Source: Pirellulales bacterium (lineage in GTDB: Bacteria > Planctomycetota > Planctomycetia > Pirellulales > JAICIG01). From it: a stretch of 40,652 nt of DNA. Location of the stretch: positions 1-40,652 of the forward strand of contig JBBDNX010000061.1 in the NCBI GenBank assembly GCA_040877345.1, written 5' to 3'. This document shows positions 26,409 through 33,907 of this stretch, in pieces (position 1 is the first letter of the stretch; each line of letters begins with the position of its first letter). The notes below the pieces were generated by a model that made no database searches, had not been told where the DNA came from, and was given only the letters and a program-made list of their open reading frames with translations. A program made the translations under genes and the position numbers.

Positions 26409-26715
26409 GATGCACTCCTTTGCTTTGATTCTCTGCCGAGGCCGGCCAGAGCAGCGGCCTGGTTCGTGCCTGGATTCACCCTCCATCAACGATTTCATCG
26501 TCCGCCCAAGGCAATAAGCTTTCGTGGATTTGCCGGTTCTTCGCTAAAGCCGCAAAGAGGGGGTCATGCGTGGCTGCCCCGTTAAAGCGATCGTAAGGCG
26601 TGCGGGGTGTGGGATGGGCGGGAGAAGTTTTCGGCGCGCCGGGCCGCGATATCGAGGTTCTGTGTCGATCGGCTGTTGGCCAAGCGACCGTTACAAACCT
26701 CGGCGACCGCGCAGT

Positions 26716-26743
26716 TTGACATTCCCCCTCGCGGACTTATAGT
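26716..26743 (+). promoter_or_regulatory. Near-consensus sigma70-type promoter candidate for the pilus-like operon
   Basis: TTGACA (26716-26721), a 16-nt spacer, then TATAGT (26738-26743). It lies about 85-130 nt upstream of the candidate starts of the first pseudopilin gene. Confidence 0.4.
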
Positions 26744-26827
26744 TGCCATGCACCTGTGGCGCGAAGAAGAAGGCTACTGGTCATTCGGGCGCGGCAGGGA
26801 TAGCTGGGAGCTAGAGGGGACCCTGCC

Positions 26828-27466
26828 GTGCCTTTTATTTTGCCGCCGCGGGGCCAGGTGGGGGATCCAGCCGTGCACGCTCGCCGCCGCCGCCCCCGCG
26901 GATTCACACTCGTCGAGGCGCTTGTCTCCACTTCGATCATTGCCATCGCCGGCACGTCCGTCCTGCTGGGGATCGCCGCTTCCATCCAAGCCACCGACGA
27001 CGCACTGACCCATTCGATTGCCCTGGGCATGGCCAGGCAGCTCATCGACGAAGTGTCCGGACAGCGTTACATGGAAGCCGGCGCCGGCCCCTACGACACT
27101 CGGCTCGAGCCGGAGGCGGACGAGTCGGCCGGGCCCGGACGCAGCCTCTACGACGACATCGACGACTACAACGGCTTCAGCTCGCAGCCACCCACCGACC
27201 CGTGGGGAATCGGCCTGGCGCGCGACGACGGCCGCTCGGCCGAGCGCCATCCGCGTTTTCAACCCGCCGCCGGCTATTTCAGGCATTGGCGCCAAAGGGT
27301 CGATGTCCACTATGTCGATGAGGCGGACCTCTCGGCGCCCTTGCCGGCGGGAGTCACCAGCGATTATCGGGCCGTGCACGTGCGGATCTATGTCGACGAT
27401 CCCCTTCGCGGACCGCGGGAAATGGCCCATCTCACGCGAGTTTTCGCCCATGTGCCCCTGCCATGA
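26828..27466 (+). CDS. Prepilin-type minor pseudopilin (GspI/PilV-like)
   Basis: RRRRPRG/FTLVEALVSTSIIAIAG has Gly-1, Phe+1 and Glu+5. Possible starts are GTG 26828, TTG 26840, GTG 26858 and GTG 26873. The last gives a 10-aa leader. Confidence 0.7.
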   Translation: MPFILPPRGQVGDPAVHARRRRPRGFTLVEALVSTSIIAIAGTSVLLGIAASIQATDDALTHSIALGMARQLIDEVSGQRYMEAGAGPYDTRLEPEADESAGPGRSLYDDIDDYNGFSSQPPTDPWGIGLARDDGRSAERHPRFQPAAGYFRHWRQRVDVHYVDEADLSAPLPAGVTSDYRAVHVRIYVDDPLRGPREMAHLTRVFAHVPLP

Positions 27467-28259
27467 TGCGCCGCGGCGGTCCGGCCTCACGCTCGTCGAG
27501 CTGCTGCTGGCCGTTTCGATCATGACCGTCATGGCCGGCGTGCTGGGCGCGCTGGCCACGGCGGCCCATCAAAGCGCCGCCTACAGTCACGGCCATGGCA
27601 CGGCGACGCAACATGCCCGTGTCGCCATCGAGCGGATCGCCGGCACCGTCAGCCGCGCCACCGCGACCGAAGGCTATCCCGGCGCCGTCGTGCTCTGGGA
27701 AGAAGCCGATGGCTGGCGATTCCCGGACACGTTGGTGGTCTGGCATCCGTCCGGTCCTGCGGCCAATCCGGCCGGACCGCCGCTGATGAACGAACTGGTC
27801 ATCTTCTGCCCCGACCCGGATAGCCCGCATCAACTGGTCGAGGTCACCGCGCCGGCCGATACCCGGCCGGTTCCGCTCAACGAAACTTTGAACGACGACG
27901 CCTGGCGGACCGAGTTTGAGTCGGTGGCCCGCTCCTCGACGAGCCGCAAGGTGGTATTGACCAACCTGCTGCGGGCCGGCGCGCTCGACGGGAGCAGTCC
28001 GCGCGCCGCGGTGCGGTTCGAGTGCCGACTGAGCCCCACTTCCAGTCAATGGGCCTCGTACCAGGCCGGAACCGCAAGCTTCAACAACCTGCACTGGCCG
28101 CAGGGCATGTACGGCTCCCAGACCGGCGTCCGGCAAGTCTGGGTCCGCGTCGAACTCCAACTGCTCCCCGAACAAGCAGCCGGCCGCGCCGATCCGCACG
28201 GCGAGCTGGCCATCCCGTTTTTTGGATCGGCATCGCTCTACTACGCCATGCATCGTTGA
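27450..28259 (+). CDS. Prepilin-type minor pseudopilin (GspJ/PilW-like)
   Basis: APRRSG/LTLVELLLAVSIMTVMAG has Glu+5. The ATG at 27450 overlaps the previous gene by 17 nt. Confidence 0.65.
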   Translation: MCPCHDAPRRSGLTLVELLLAVSIMTVMAGVLGALATAAHQSAAYSHGHGTATQHARVAIERIAGTVSRATATEGYPGAVVLWEEADGWRFPDTLVVWHPSGPAANPAGPPLMNELVIFCPDPDSPHQLVEVTAPADTRPVPLNETLNDDAWRTEFESVARSSTSRKVVLTNLLRAGALDGSSPRAAVRFECRLSPTSSQWASYQAGTASFNNLHWPQGMYGSQTGVRQVWVRVELQLLPEQAAGRADPHGELAIPFFGSASLYYAMHR

Positions 28260-28262
28260 TCT

Positions 28263-29861
28263 GTGGAGGCGGCCTGGCGGCCGCGCGCGATGAACCGACC
28301 GCATCAGTTCAGAGGGCCGAGGAGGCAGGCCGCGGCGGCGCGGGAAACCGGCCGCACGGCCTCGGGCGGCGCGGCCCGCCACAGGTGCCGCAAGTCCCGC
28401 CGCGGAATGACCGTGGTGCTGGTGCTGGCCGTGATATCGATCGCCCTGGCGCTCTCCTATTCCGTCATGCGCTCGCAAGCCATGGCGCTGCGGATCGAGC
28501 ACAACAGCCAGCTCGGCTTGCTGGCAAGGCAGAGCGCCTTGACGGGATTTGCCATCGGTTGGCGCAAGATGCACCAAACTGATTGGCCGGGAGTCAACAG
28601 CACCATTGCCGGCAAGATCAGCAGCTCGGAGAGCTACAGCGTTGTCTACCGGTCTGGCGACCCGCAACTGACCCCGGGCAGCGCCGAGGATGCCGACTGG
28701 CCCTACCGCGTCAGCCTGGTGGTGACCGGCACCGCCACCGATCCGATCCAGCCCGGCGTCCAGACCACCTGCCGTCTCGTGGCAGTCGCCCGGCTGGTTC
28801 CGCGCCAGTTGGCCCCCGAGCCCGCGGCCTGGCCCGACATGCAGCAGTACACTGTATACCAGTGGGCCACGGACGACTTCTCGCTAGAGTTGCCCTGCCG
28901 GCTCGAGGGCCCGGTGCGGCTGCAGGGTCGTTTGCTGCTGGCCCAGGCGTATCCTGAGCCGTCGGCCGCCAACGGGCGCCATCTATCCGATTTGAATGCC
29001 ATGCGCGGCGAGGGCCACCCGGATCACCGGCCTCTCAACGGTCCCGTGTACCTCCCCTTTTCGCGGACCGACTCCGCCACGCTCTCGCGCTTGACCGCCA
29101 ACCTCGGTCTTTCGGTGACCGACATTCCGGAGACCACCATCTCCGATTGGGACTATCCCGGACCGATTCTGTCCTACCAGGTTTATCCGGGCGGAGAGAC
29201 CTACCAGGTTCCCACACTGGCCGGCGAGCTGGCCGACGTGACGCTTGGACCCGATCCGCGCGCCAACCCGCTCGGCCTGTTCTACCGTGCCGGCGACCTC
29301 TGGCTGCGCGACAACGTTTCAGTTCGAGGCACGCTGATCACCGAGGGACGCCTGCACATCAGCGGCGCGAACATCCGCCTGGAATCGATCGGCTTGCCCG
29401 CTTTGGACAACGATACACGTCCCGTCCACTTGCCGGCCGCCGTCGTCGCCGACGACGTCATCGTGGCCGACCGGGCACAAGTCGCCATCCAGGGAGTGAT
29501 GGCCGCCTGGGATGTATTCGATGTGGAGAACGGGTCGGTCACCACGTCGTTGAACCTCGACGGCAAGCTGATCGTCAAGAAGCTTTTCATTCGCGAACGC
29601 ACCGAATGGGACCAGCCCTCCACGACCTGGGAGGTTTGGTGGCTCGACTTCTTGGTCCAGGAGACCCTGCTGGGAGGCCAGAAATTCTTTCCCATCTGGC
29701 TCGAACAGTACGGCTGCAAGCCGGCATCGCTCTTGACGGTCAGGCCGCCGGCCGCTTCACTGACGCACCACTGGAAACGACGCGACGACCCGGTCTACGT
29801 GCCGCACCCGGCCGACCCCGGCTTGCGGTGGGATCTACTCAGCCTCTCGGACGCCCCCTGA
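28263..29861 (+). CDS. Large PilX_N/GspK-like pseudopilin (up to 532 aa) with a beta-rich C-terminal region
   Basis: RRGMTVVLVLAVISIALALSYSVMRSQAMALRIEHN has a PilX_N/GspK-type N-terminus without Glu+5. Starts: GTG 28263, or ATG 28290 or 28407. Confidence 0.55.
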   Translation: MEAAWRPRAMNRPHQFRGPRRQAAAARETGRTASGGAARHRCRKSRRGMTVVLVLAVISIALALSYSVMRSQAMALRIEHNSQLGLLARQSALTGFAIGWRKMHQTDWPGVNSTIAGKISSSESYSVVYRSGDPQLTPGSAEDADWPYRVSLVVTGTATDPIQPGVQTTCRLVAVARLVPRQLAPEPAAWPDMQQYTVYQWATDDFSLELPCRLEGPVRLQGRLLLAQAYPEPSAANGRHLSDLNAMRGEGHPDHRPLNGPVYLPFSRTDSATLSRLTANLGLSVTDIPETTISDWDYPGPILSYQVYPGGETYQVPTLAGELADVTLGPDPRANPLGLFYRAGDLWLRDNVSVRGTLITEGRLHISGANIRLESIGLPALDNDTRPVHLPAAVVADDVIVADRAQVAIQGVMAAWDVFDVENGSVTTSLNLDGKLIVKKLFIRERTEWDQPSTTWEVWWLDFLVQETLLGGQKFFPIWLEQYGCKPASLLTVRPPAASLTHHWKRRDDPVYVPHPADPGLRWDLLSLSDAP

Positions 29862-29888
29862 TCGCCACAACCTCGTAAGGAGACACTC

Positions 29889-30140
29889 ATGCAGCGCATC
29901 TCGAACCGCCGCTGGGCCCTGCTGGCGGCCGCCAATGTCCTATGTTTCTGCGTGCTAGGCTTTTACCAGCCGTCAGGCGCTGAGCCCCGCAGGTCGAACC
30001 AGCCGTTCGCCAATGCCGAGGAGCAGCGCGAGGAAATGATCAATCTGCTGCGGGACCTCAATGCCCTGGTCAAGGAGCAGAACGCCCTGTTGCGTTCAGG
30101 CAACTTGAACGTGGTCCTGCGCGAGCCGAAAAAACGCTGA
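29889..30140 (+). CDS. 83-aa membrane-anchored/secreted coiled-coil protein, unknown family
   Basis: Strong SD: AAGGAG (29877-29882) lies 6 nt before the ATG. Hydrophobic N-terminus WALLAAANVLCFCVLGF, then a helical EEQREEMINLLRDLNALVKEQNALL segment. Confidence 0.6.
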   Translation: MQRISNRRWALLAAANVLCFCVLGFYQPSGAEPRRSNQPFANAEEQREEMINLLRDLNALVKEQNALLRSGNLNVVLREPKKR

Positions 30141-30153
30141 CCCAAAACTATCG

Positions 30154-30753
30154 ATGCCCCGCCCAACACGACAATCCCCCGGATTCTCGCTGGTCGAGCT
30201 GCTGATTGTCATTTCGCTCCTGGGCATTCTGGCGGCCCTGGCCCTGCCCAGCCTGAACCCCGGCATTCACGAACGGCTCGAAGGCGCCGGACGCATCGTC
30301 GCCGCCGATCTCGCCTACGGCCGCAGCCTGGCGGTCATGAACAACAGCCACTACCGCTTCACGTTCGACCTGGCGAACAACCGCTATTCGTTCGAGCACA
30401 CAGGATCGAACCCGGCCCTGGACGTTCTCCCCCCCAATCCGTTCCATGCCTCCGGCCCAACGCCCGATCGCCATGCATTCGACCTCTCGGAGTTTCCCTA
30501 CCTGGGTGGCGCGGTCCGGCTGGGCGCCGTAGGCACGGCCGGCACCAACCCTGCTCCCGAGACCGAGCTGGAGTTCGGGCCGCTGGGCCAAACCGGCCGG
30601 GCCCACCCAACGGTCATTTGGCTTACCGCCGGCACCGGTGCCGCCCAACGCTGGACCTCGGTGAGCGTGAACCCCGTTACCGGACTGGCCAGCATCGAAT
30701 CGTTTCAGGCAACGGGCCCTCCCCCGGCGCTCGCGGCTGAATCGACTTTTTGA
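30154..30753 (+). CDS. Prepilin-type pseudopilin (GspH/FimT-like)
   Basis: QSPG/FSLVELLIVISLLGILAALALPS followed by RIVAADLAYGRSLAVMNN, which resembles the GspH/FimT domain. Confidence 0.75.
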   Translation: MPRPTRQSPGFSLVELLIVISLLGILAALALPSLNPGIHERLEGAGRIVAADLAYGRSLAVMNNSHYRFTFDLANNRYSFEHTGSNPALDVLPPNPFHASGPTPDRHAFDLSEFPYLGGAVRLGAVGTAGTNPAPETELEFGPLGQTGRAHPTVIWLTAGTGAAQRWTSVSVNPVTGLASIESFQATGPPPALAAESTF

Positions 30754-30784
30754 TCAATCGGACCGGGCAACAGCAGGTGCATCG

Positions 30785-31834
30785 ATGGTAGGTTGGTGGA
30801 CGAACCGGCGGGCGGGTCCGATCGGTGTGGACATCGGCAGCCACTCCGTCAAGCTTCTCCAGCTCAATGGCGACCGGACGAGTCTGATCGAACGCTCGCG
30901 ATGGGATCTGCCAGCCGCTGCCGAGCGGCAAGCCCCCGCCGCCGGGCTGGCCGAGGCCTTGAAGCGGGCCTACGAAGGCCGCGGCTTCCAGGGCCGCGAT
31001 GCGGTGGTTTCCCTTGGCTCGCGCGAGCTGTTCGTGCAAAACGTGCGGGTCGACAAAGTGGCCGGAGGCGACCTGGACCGGATGATCCGCCAGGAAGTCG
31101 CCGAGCGGATCCCCTTCGCCCTGGAGGAGGCCGAGATCCGCTATCTCGAGGCGGCCGACGTCCGCCAGCAAGAGGTGACGCGCAGGGAGGTGATCGTGCT
31201 GGCCTGCCACCGCCCCGTATTGGAACAATTGCTCTTGGCTGTCCGCGAGGCGGGTCTGCACCCCGTGGCCGTCGACGTCGAGCCGGCCGCCTTGCTGCGC
31301 TGTTACGCAACCCAGTTCCGCCGCGACGAGGACAAGGCCCAGCGGGCCCTGTTTGTCCACGTGGGGGCGGCCAACACCGCCGTGGTCATCGCCCAGGGCA
31401 CCGACGCCCTGTTCATCAAGTACCTCGACGTCGGCGGCCGCAACCTCGACGAGTCGGTGGCCCGCCACCTGGGTATGGAGCCGGCCGAAGCCTGGGCCTT
31501 GCGCCGGCACAACGGCGACCGCCGGACCGACCAGCAGGACCCGGAGGTTGCTCTCAGCCTGATGGAGTCGACCCGGCCGGTCGTCGATCGCCTGGCCAAC
31601 GAGATCTCGCTCTGCGTCCGGTACCACAGCGTCACGTTCCGTGGTCAGCCGCTGGCCAGGCTGGTTCTCGGTGGAGGCGAGGCCAGCCAGGCGCTGGCCG
31701 ATACGTTGGCCACGCGGCTCAACTTGAAATGCGAGCTTGGCGACCCGTTGCGGCCCTACGAGCCGGCGGCCGGCGGCGGCCGCAAATCGCAGTGGGACGT
31801 GGCCGCCGGCCTCGCCATGCGCGACTTGAACTGA
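30785..31834 (+). CDS. pilM: Type IV pilus assembly protein PilM (actin-like ATPase fold)
   Basis: IGVDIGSHSVKLLQL...VAVDVEPAALLRCY...LFVHVGAANTAVVIA...LDVGGRNLDE. Confidence 0.85.
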   Translation: MVGWWTNRRAGPIGVDIGSHSVKLLQLNGDRTSLIERSRWDLPAAAERQAPAAGLAEALKRAYEGRGFQGRDAVVSLGSRELFVQNVRVDKVAGGDLDRMIRQEVAERIPFALEEAEIRYLEAADVRQQEVTRREVIVLACHRPVLEQLLLAVREAGLHPVAVDVEPAALLRCYATQFRRDEDKAQRALFVHVGAANTAVVIAQGTDALFIKYLDVGGRNLDESVARHLGMEPAEAWALRRHNGDRRTDQQDPEVALSLMESTRPVVDRLANEISLCVRYHSVTFRGQPLARLVLGGGEASQALADTLATRLNLKCELGDPLRPYEPAAGGGRKSQWDVAAGLAMRDLN

Positions 31835-31862
31835 ACACCCGTTTGCGGACATCGGCTGCGAA

Positions 31863-32648
31863 ATGAAAAACATCGACTTCCTGCCCGCCGAGTACCGCCG
31901 GCAGACGGCCGATCGCAAGACGCGCCGCGTGCGCTGGGCCGTGCTGGCGTTGTTCGCCGCCGTGCTGGCCGCCGCCACGGCGGGTCAGTTCGCCCTGCGC
32001 CGCCGGCTCCAGGCCGAGCTGGAACTGGTGCGCGGCCAACACGACGAGGCGGTTGCAACCGGCCAGCGGCTGGCGGCCCTGCAGTCCGAGTTCGCCGGCG
32101 AGCAGGCTGTCGCCCAACTGGTCACCTGGCTGCGGCACCCCTGGCCGCGCACCCGGATCCTGGCCGCCGCGCTGGAGCCGCTGCCCGGCCCCGTGACCCT
32201 GGGCAAGCTCGACCTCACGCACGATGTTCCGGCCGCATCGTCGGCGTTCGACAAGCCGGCGCGTCCCCCCGTCCAGACCGGCGAGTTGAAGCATCTTCCG
32301 CCGGCCCACCGCGATCTGGCCCGCTTGCGCAACGAGTTCGATTCGCTGCGGACCGTCGTGAACCTGGAAGGCACCACCACCAGTGGCACCGCGTTGCACG
32401 ACTATCTCGGCGCCCTGGCCGCAATCGAGCTCTTCTCCAAGGCCGAGCTGGTCGCCATCGTGCGCGTGCACAACGAGCAACAAGAGTCGTTTCGCTTTCA
32501 CATTCGCCTGATTGTTCGACCCGGATATGGGCAGCCCCAAGGTCCCGCGCCCCAATCGGCCGGGGACTCCAACCGGGTGACCGCCGCCGGCGGCCCGAAC
32601 GCCTCTTCGATCGGTGCGGAGGGACCTCATGTCCAGCACGTCCGCTGA
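31863..32648 (+). CDS. pilN: PilN-like bitopic assembly protein
   Basis: MKNIDFLPAEYRRQ, then a TM helix (WAVLALFAAVLAAATA) and a coiled coil. Its position is immediately after pilM. Confidence 0.6.
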   Translation: MKNIDFLPAEYRRQTADRKTRRVRWAVLALFAAVLAAATAGQFALRRRLQAELELVRGQHDEAVATGQRLAALQSEFAGEQAVAQLVTWLRHPWPRTRILAAALEPLPGPVTLGKLDLTHDVPAASSAFDKPARPPVQTGELKHLPPAHRDLARLRNEFDSLRTVVNLEGTTTSGTALHDYLGALAAIELFSKAELVAIVRVHNEQQESFRFHIRLIVRPGYGQPQGPAPQSAGDSNRVTAAGGPNASSIGAEGPHVQHVR

Positions 32649-33177
32649 CCGTGGCAAGTGGTTGCTGCCGCTGACGCTGGTGGTGGGCACGGCGGCCTGG
32701 CTCCCCCTCCTGTTCCTGCCGGGAAAAAAAGCCATCGCCGACCTGCGCCACGATCTCAAGACCAGGCAGGACTACGTGACGTCGGCGAGCCGGTCGGGAG
32801 CCTTGCTCGAAAGTACCGCGCGCGACCTCGAGCGCACGCGCGCTTACAACGCCCGCTGGCGGGGCCGCCTGGCCGATTCGGCCCAACTCGCCTCGCTGTT
32901 CAGCGAAATCGCTCAGCTTGTCCGGGAGTCGGGTGCGGCCACCACGAGGTTCGCGCCCCAAAGTCCCATCCAATACGACCACGTCCGTCGGATCCCGCTG
33001 GCCGTGGCCTGCGAGGGAACTTTCGAACAGCTTCAGGCCCTGCTGCTGGCCGTGGAGCAGCTTGGCCAGCGACTTTGGGTCAGCCAGATCAAGCTGGAGG
33101 CTGGCGAAGCCGGGCAACTTGTGAAGTGCGAGCTAACTTTGGTCATTTTTGCCGATCAATCGGCGGTTTCGGATTAG
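32629..33177 (+). CDS. pilO: PilO-like bitopic assembly protein
   Basis: TM helix (WLLPLTLVVGTAAWLPLLFL), a coiled coil, then a ferredoxin-like C-terminus (IPLAVACEGTFEQLQALLLAVEQL...VKCELTLVIF). The ATG at 32629 overlaps pilN by 20 nt. Confidence 0.6.
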   Translation: MSSTSADRGKWLLPLTLVVGTAAWLPLLFLPGKKAIADLRHDLKTRQDYVTSASRSGALLESTARDLERTRAYNARWRGRLADSAQLASLFSEIAQLVRESGAATTRFAPQSPIQYDHVRRIPLAVACEGTFEQLQALLLAVEQLGQRLWVSQIKLEAGEAGQLVKCELTLVIFADQSAVSD

Positions 33178-33233
33178 GGAAGCCCTCCGGCCGGCCGATA
33201 CTTGATAGGGACTCTTCTCAGGACGCCATCCAA

Positions 33234-33860
33234 GTGACCGCAAAACTGATCAGACAACTGCGACGCGAGGCGCGGGCCAACCCGAAAAAGGCCGGCTTCC
33301 TGGCGCTGATGCTCGTGGTAGCCATCTACGCCTGGGCGCCCGTCGCGATGAACTGGGCGGCCCCGCAGCCGTTGGCGGCTGCGCCGCCGGCGCCCGCCGG
33401 CGCCCAGCCCGGCAGCCAGATGGCCAGCACCTCCGACCACCGTCCACTGGCCCTGCCTCCATGGCAGCTCGTCGCAGCGTGGATCGATGGCGACCCGCTG
33501 ATGCGGCCCGGCTGGGGCGGCCAAGAACACCTGGCCTACGGGCGCAATCCATTTGCCCCGGATCAATCCGCGCAGCGGGCGGCCGGGAGTCGCCCAGACG
33601 ATGAGGCCCCGGGCAATGCCAGCCCGGCCGAGTTGGGAATGGTGCTCTCGAGCACCGTGATCGGGCCTCTGCGGCGGACCGCCATGATCAATGGGAAGGC
33701 CTATCCCCAGGGAGCCGAAGTACAAGCGGCCGATGGAACCCGCTTCGTGCTCAGCCGGGTCGAGCCCCGGCGCGTCGTGCTGAGCCGAGGAGGCCGCCAC
33801 TTCGAGCTGGCCATCGTGCGCCAAGCGGCCGGCCGAATAGCCATCGGAGCGGCCCACTAA
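33234..33860 (+). CDS. PilP/GspC-HR-like secretin-interacting protein (tentative)
   Basis: GTG start, TM helix (GFLALMLVVAIYAW), a Pro/Ala linker and a C-terminal small beta domain (GMVLSSTVIG..RRTAMINGKAYPQGAEV..FVLSRVEPRRVVLSRGGRHFEL). Confidence 0.45.
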   Translation: MTAKLIRQLRREARANPKKAGFLALMLVVAIYAWAPVAMNWAAPQPLAAAPPAPAGAQPGSQMASTSDHRPLALPPWQLVAAWIDGDPLMRPGWGGQEHLAYGRNPFAPDQSAQRAAGSRPDDEAPGNASPAELGMVLSSTVIGPLRRTAMINGKAYPQGAEVQAADGTRFVLSRVEPRRVVLSRGGRHFELAIVRQAAGRIAIGAAH

Positions 33861-33907
33861 AACGACCTTTTCCACAAGGCTGAACTTCGCTGGGTCATGG
33901 AAGACCG

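Noticed and set aside
25053-26585. 510-aa plus-strand ORF.
   Set aside because: It is antisense to the MORN-repeat gene, which has clear repeats, a signal peptide and an AAGGAG site. The plus-strand translation has no recognisable features.
26607-27008. 133-aa ORF spanning the operon leader and running into the first pseudopilin gene.
   Set aside because: It has weak codon bias, no start context and an implausible Trp/Arg/Cys-rich sequence. It overlaps the prepilin-motif frame, which is clearly the real one.
30403-30413. ggatcgaaccc, resembling the complement of a tRNA T-arm.
   Set aside because: It lies inside the well-supported GspH-like coding frame. No acceptor or anticodon stems can be drawn around it.
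30677-31978. ORF 30793-31866 (+, 357 aa) and ORF 30677-31978 (-, 433 aa) overlapping pilM.
   Set aside because: They are alternative-frame and antisense readings of pilM. They are Arg/Pro/Gly-rich and lack the actin-fold motifs that the 30785 frame shows.
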